From assembly GCA_964247055.1 (NCBI GenBank), contig OZ176058.1:248001-312000 (forward strand): DNA of 64,000 bases, given 5' to 3'. Each line of letters opens with the position of its first letter. Position 1 is the first letter of the stretch. A program made the translations under genes and the position numbers. The stretch comes from Paragordius varius (taxonomy: Eukaryota > Animalia > Nematomorpha). The notes below the pieces were generated by a model, which ran no database searches, was not told where the DNA came from, and saw nothing but the letters and a program-made list of their open reading frames with translations. Positions 62,677 to 64,000 of the stretch are shown here, piece by piece.

Positions 62677-64000
62677 GTTTATTTAATTTAATTTAATTAA
62701 ATAAAAATTAAAAAAATAATTTATTAAATTAATTTAATATTTAATAATTATTTTCAATTTTAATATATTTTTTATTTATTAGTATTATTAAAAAATTCAA
62801 AAATTTTAATATTTAATAATTATTTTTAGAAATTTTGTATTTTAATTTTAATATTTTTTATATTATTAGTATTATTTTTAAAATGATTTTTGAAAATTTT
62901 GTATTTTAATTTTAATATATTTTTTATATTATTAGTATTATTTTAAAATTTAAAATTAAAAATTAATTTATTAATTTTATTTAATATATTTTTTATATTA
63001 TTGATATAATTTTTAAAATTATATTAATTTAAGTTATTTATTTTTGTAATAAATATAATTTTATTATTTTAAAATTTAATATCTTTATTATTTATTTATT
63101 TTAAATTTTTTTAAAAATAATTATTTTTTAATTTGATATATATATTTTTATAATAACTATTTTTATTTATTATTTAAAATGTTTAAGTTTTTTATATAAT
63201 AAAATTTTTTAATTTGATATATTTTTTAAAAAAATTATATTTTTTTTACATATTAATCTTAATTTGATTGTCTTTTCCATTTCAAATAATATAATAATTA
63301 TATTTTATTATTTATTTTTTTTTAAAAAAATTAAATTATTTTTTTCATTTTAAATTTTTATTTATTCCAAAAAATTATATTTTTTATTTAATTTAGTTTT
63401 TTATTTAATTTTCATTTAAATCCCTTTATTTATTTAATAAAATAATTTTTTATGAATTTAAATTTTTATTTTTTTTCATTTTTCATTTTTTTTTAAAAAG
63501 CATTTTATTTTTTTTCAAAAATTTAAATTTTTATTTTTTTTTCAATTTTTATTTTTTTCATATGGTTTATCATAATTTTATTTAATAAAATATATATTTT
63601 TTCCATATTCATTTTTTAACTTTTTACTATAAAATATTTAATTTTAAATTTATTTTATAAAATTTAAAAATTTTAATTTTTTCATTTAAATTTTTATTTA
63701 TTTTATAAAAAATTTTAATTTTTTCATTTAATTTATTTATTTATTTCATAAAATATTTATTTTTTTATATTTAAATTTTTTATTCTTTTTATATTTTTTA
63801 TTTATTTTTATAAAATTTTATTTATTTTATAAAACATTTAATTCTAATTTTTTTATTTATTTCATAAAATTTTTTTTAATTTTTAATTTATATTAAAAAA
63901 ATTAAATTATTTTATTTTAAATATTTATTTAAATTTTTAATCATAATTTAATATTTAAATTCGCTTTTAAATTTTTCTTTTTAAACATTTTTTTCTCATT

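Overview
Extremely AT-rich eukaryotic (probably metazoan) DNA with spliceosomal GT-AG introns and the standard genetic code. Three genes were assembled by hand with consistent intron phases. (1) DENR/Tma22 on + (exons 10276-10477 putative, 12251-12649, 13207-13433, 15001-15180). (2) An SLC7 L-type amino-acid transporter light chain on - (13 exons, 47026 to 18650, 628 aa). (3) NDUFB5 on + (5 exons, 57587-62676, running off the window). Positions 1-3638 are an apparently identical copy of 8787-12424 and carry a truncated DENR 5' end. Intergenic and intronic DNA holds several MITE families, a TSD-flanked hAT element, a 21-bp minisatellite and near-pure AT tracts. The main observation is that most introns of all three genes contain same-orientation arrays of partial exon copies, about 55-60 by eye. 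[Acceptor + exon 5' part] copies lie upstream of each exon and [exon 3' part + donor] copies lie downstream. The well-preserved copies differ from the functional exon overwhelmingly at synonymous positions (11 of 11 differences in the best case), although they cannot be translated as they stand. Two chimeric copies look like snapshots of unequal exchange between an exon and its copy. All counts are hand counts.
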